Shown here one piece after another: positions 63,069 to 64,000 of a stretch of 64,000 nucleotides of DNA. This DNA is from an uncultured SAR86 cluster bacterium (GTDB lineage Bacteria; Pseudomonadota; Gammaproteobacteria; Magnimaribacterales; D2472). Numbering within the stretch: position 1 is the stretch's first letter; each line of letters opens with the position of its first letter. Below the pieces are notes generated by a model that ran no database searches, was not told the DNA's origin, and worked only from the letters and a program-made list of their open reading frames with translations. The translations under genes were made by a program, and so were the position numbers. The stretch is taken from assembly GCA_902558375.1 (NCBI GenBank), contig CACEDQ010000001.1, positions 25,929-89,928 of the forward strand, in the 5' to 3' direction.

Positions 63069-63515
63069 TCATAGCCACATTCGAACATTTTGTTTATATT
63101 GTAAGAAATCTTCTCCAAACAATCTTTCCATAACTTCTTCTTCGGGCTTAATTTGAAATTTAGTTATGTAGATAGTAAATAGAAGAGTGAAAAGGGTGCC
63201 AGCAACCAAATTAAACATTAATGCTAAACCTAATAAAATTAAAGCCATACCTAAATACATTGGATTTCTTGAATATTTAAAAACACCAGAGGTGACTATA
63301 GAAGAAGCATTTTCAATTGTTATAGGATTGACGGTTGTATTTTGCTTTTTGAATAAGCTTACAGCTAATACAAGAATTGATAACCCAGCAAAGTAAAAGA
63401 TATAACTTAATATAGTTAAAAATTCTAAATTAGATTCTGGGAAGTATTCTTGTGAAAAATATATACATAACCCAAAGAACAAAGTAACAATTGGAGGTGG
63501 TATTTTATTTCTCAT
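63069..63515 (-). CDS. Isoprenylcysteine carboxylmethyltransferase/PEMT family membrane protein
   Basis: IPPP, TTVNP, SRNPMYLG, IKPEE..F...Y..V..W. Confidence 0.88.
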   Translation of the reverse strand: MRNKIPPPIVTLFFGLCIYFSQEYFPESNLEFLTILSYIFYFAGLSILVLAVSLFKKQNTTVNPITIENASSIVTSGVFKYSRNPMYLGMALILLGLALMFNLVAGTLFTLLFTIYITKFQIKPEEEVMERLFGEDFLQYKQNVRMWL

Positions 63516-63572
63516 GATTTAATCCTAAACAATGCGTTTTATATTAACAAATTGTTATGGCATTATTGAGAA

Positions 63573-63869
63573 ATGAAAAAACTAATAGCTCTATTACTTC
63601 TATTACCTTTACTGATATTACTTCTATCACCTTTACTGATTAGTGAAGAAAAACAAGAAGAGAGATTGGTTTCAGAACTTACAGTTGATGAGCTCAAAGA
63701 GGTTGTTAAAGAAATTGTTGAAGAAACAATAGAACAATGTGTAGTTATTGGCACTATGGAGGGAAGAGCTAAAGTTAACTTAAAAGTTGAAGGTGAAGTT
63801 GTAGCAAAAATGGAATGCGAACTGAATAAAACAAAAATTAATGACTCTATCAAAAACAAAAATCTTTAG
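63573..63869 (+). CDS. Hypothetical exported protein
   Basis: Signal peptide; VSELTVDELKEVV; two Cys. Confidence 0.6.
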   Translation: MKKLIALLLLLPLLILLLSPLLISEEKQEERLVSELTVDELKEVVKEIVEETIEQCVVIGTMEGRAKVNLKVEGEVVAKMECELNKTKINDSIKNKNL

Positions 63870-64000
63870 TTTAATTGGTGCTTTATTTACATTGCCTTTA
63901 ATTGCTTCAGAAGCTGAAATAAATAAAATTTGGTGTGATTCTCAAAATGGTTTGGCAGAGATACAAACAAAAGATAAAACCTTTGTTGATTGTCTAACAA
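63841..64000 (+). CDS. Exported hypothetical protein, 3' truncated by window
   Basis: MTLSKTKIFSLIGALFTLPLIASEAEINKIWCDSQNGLAEIQTKDKTFVDCLT, open to the window end. Confidence 0.6.
   Translation, partial: MTLSKTKIFSLIGALFTLPLIASEAEINKIWCDSQNGLAEIQTKDKTFVDCLT

Overview
An AT-rich, very compact bacterial chromosome segment. Genes often abut or overlap. The gene order is gammaproteobacterial and consistent with a streamlined marine SAR86-like genome; that assignment is inferred from gene content and order, not from a search. Most of the window is housekeeping: thrS, two tandem TonB-dependent receptors, metY with a SAM-II riboswitch, ccmABCDEFGHI, smc-zipA-ligase, mdh, nrdAB, glpK, serA, ung, ygfZ/sdhE, rpoE-rseA-degP-lepAB-rnc-era-recO-acpS-adk, proBA, tRNA-Leu, queA-tgt-yajC-secDF, suhB/trmJ and tRNA-Glu. 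I found no CRISPR array, transposase or integrase. The most striking signal is a remodelled chromosome-maintenance toolkit. (1) The SMC has no recognisable hinge, and both arm strands carry in-frame tandem duplications (120 aa and 143 aa). (2) An ATP-dependent DNA ligase occupies the slot of the NAD-dependent ligA in smc-zipA-ligA. (3) A three-DnaA-box element with DARS-core geometry lies upstream of ung. Also notable are a putative RseA-RseB(C) fusion, a malate dehydrogenase with an insertion in its specificity loop, two genes whose conserved N-termini lack a canonical start codon, and several alphaproteobacterial-looking genes.
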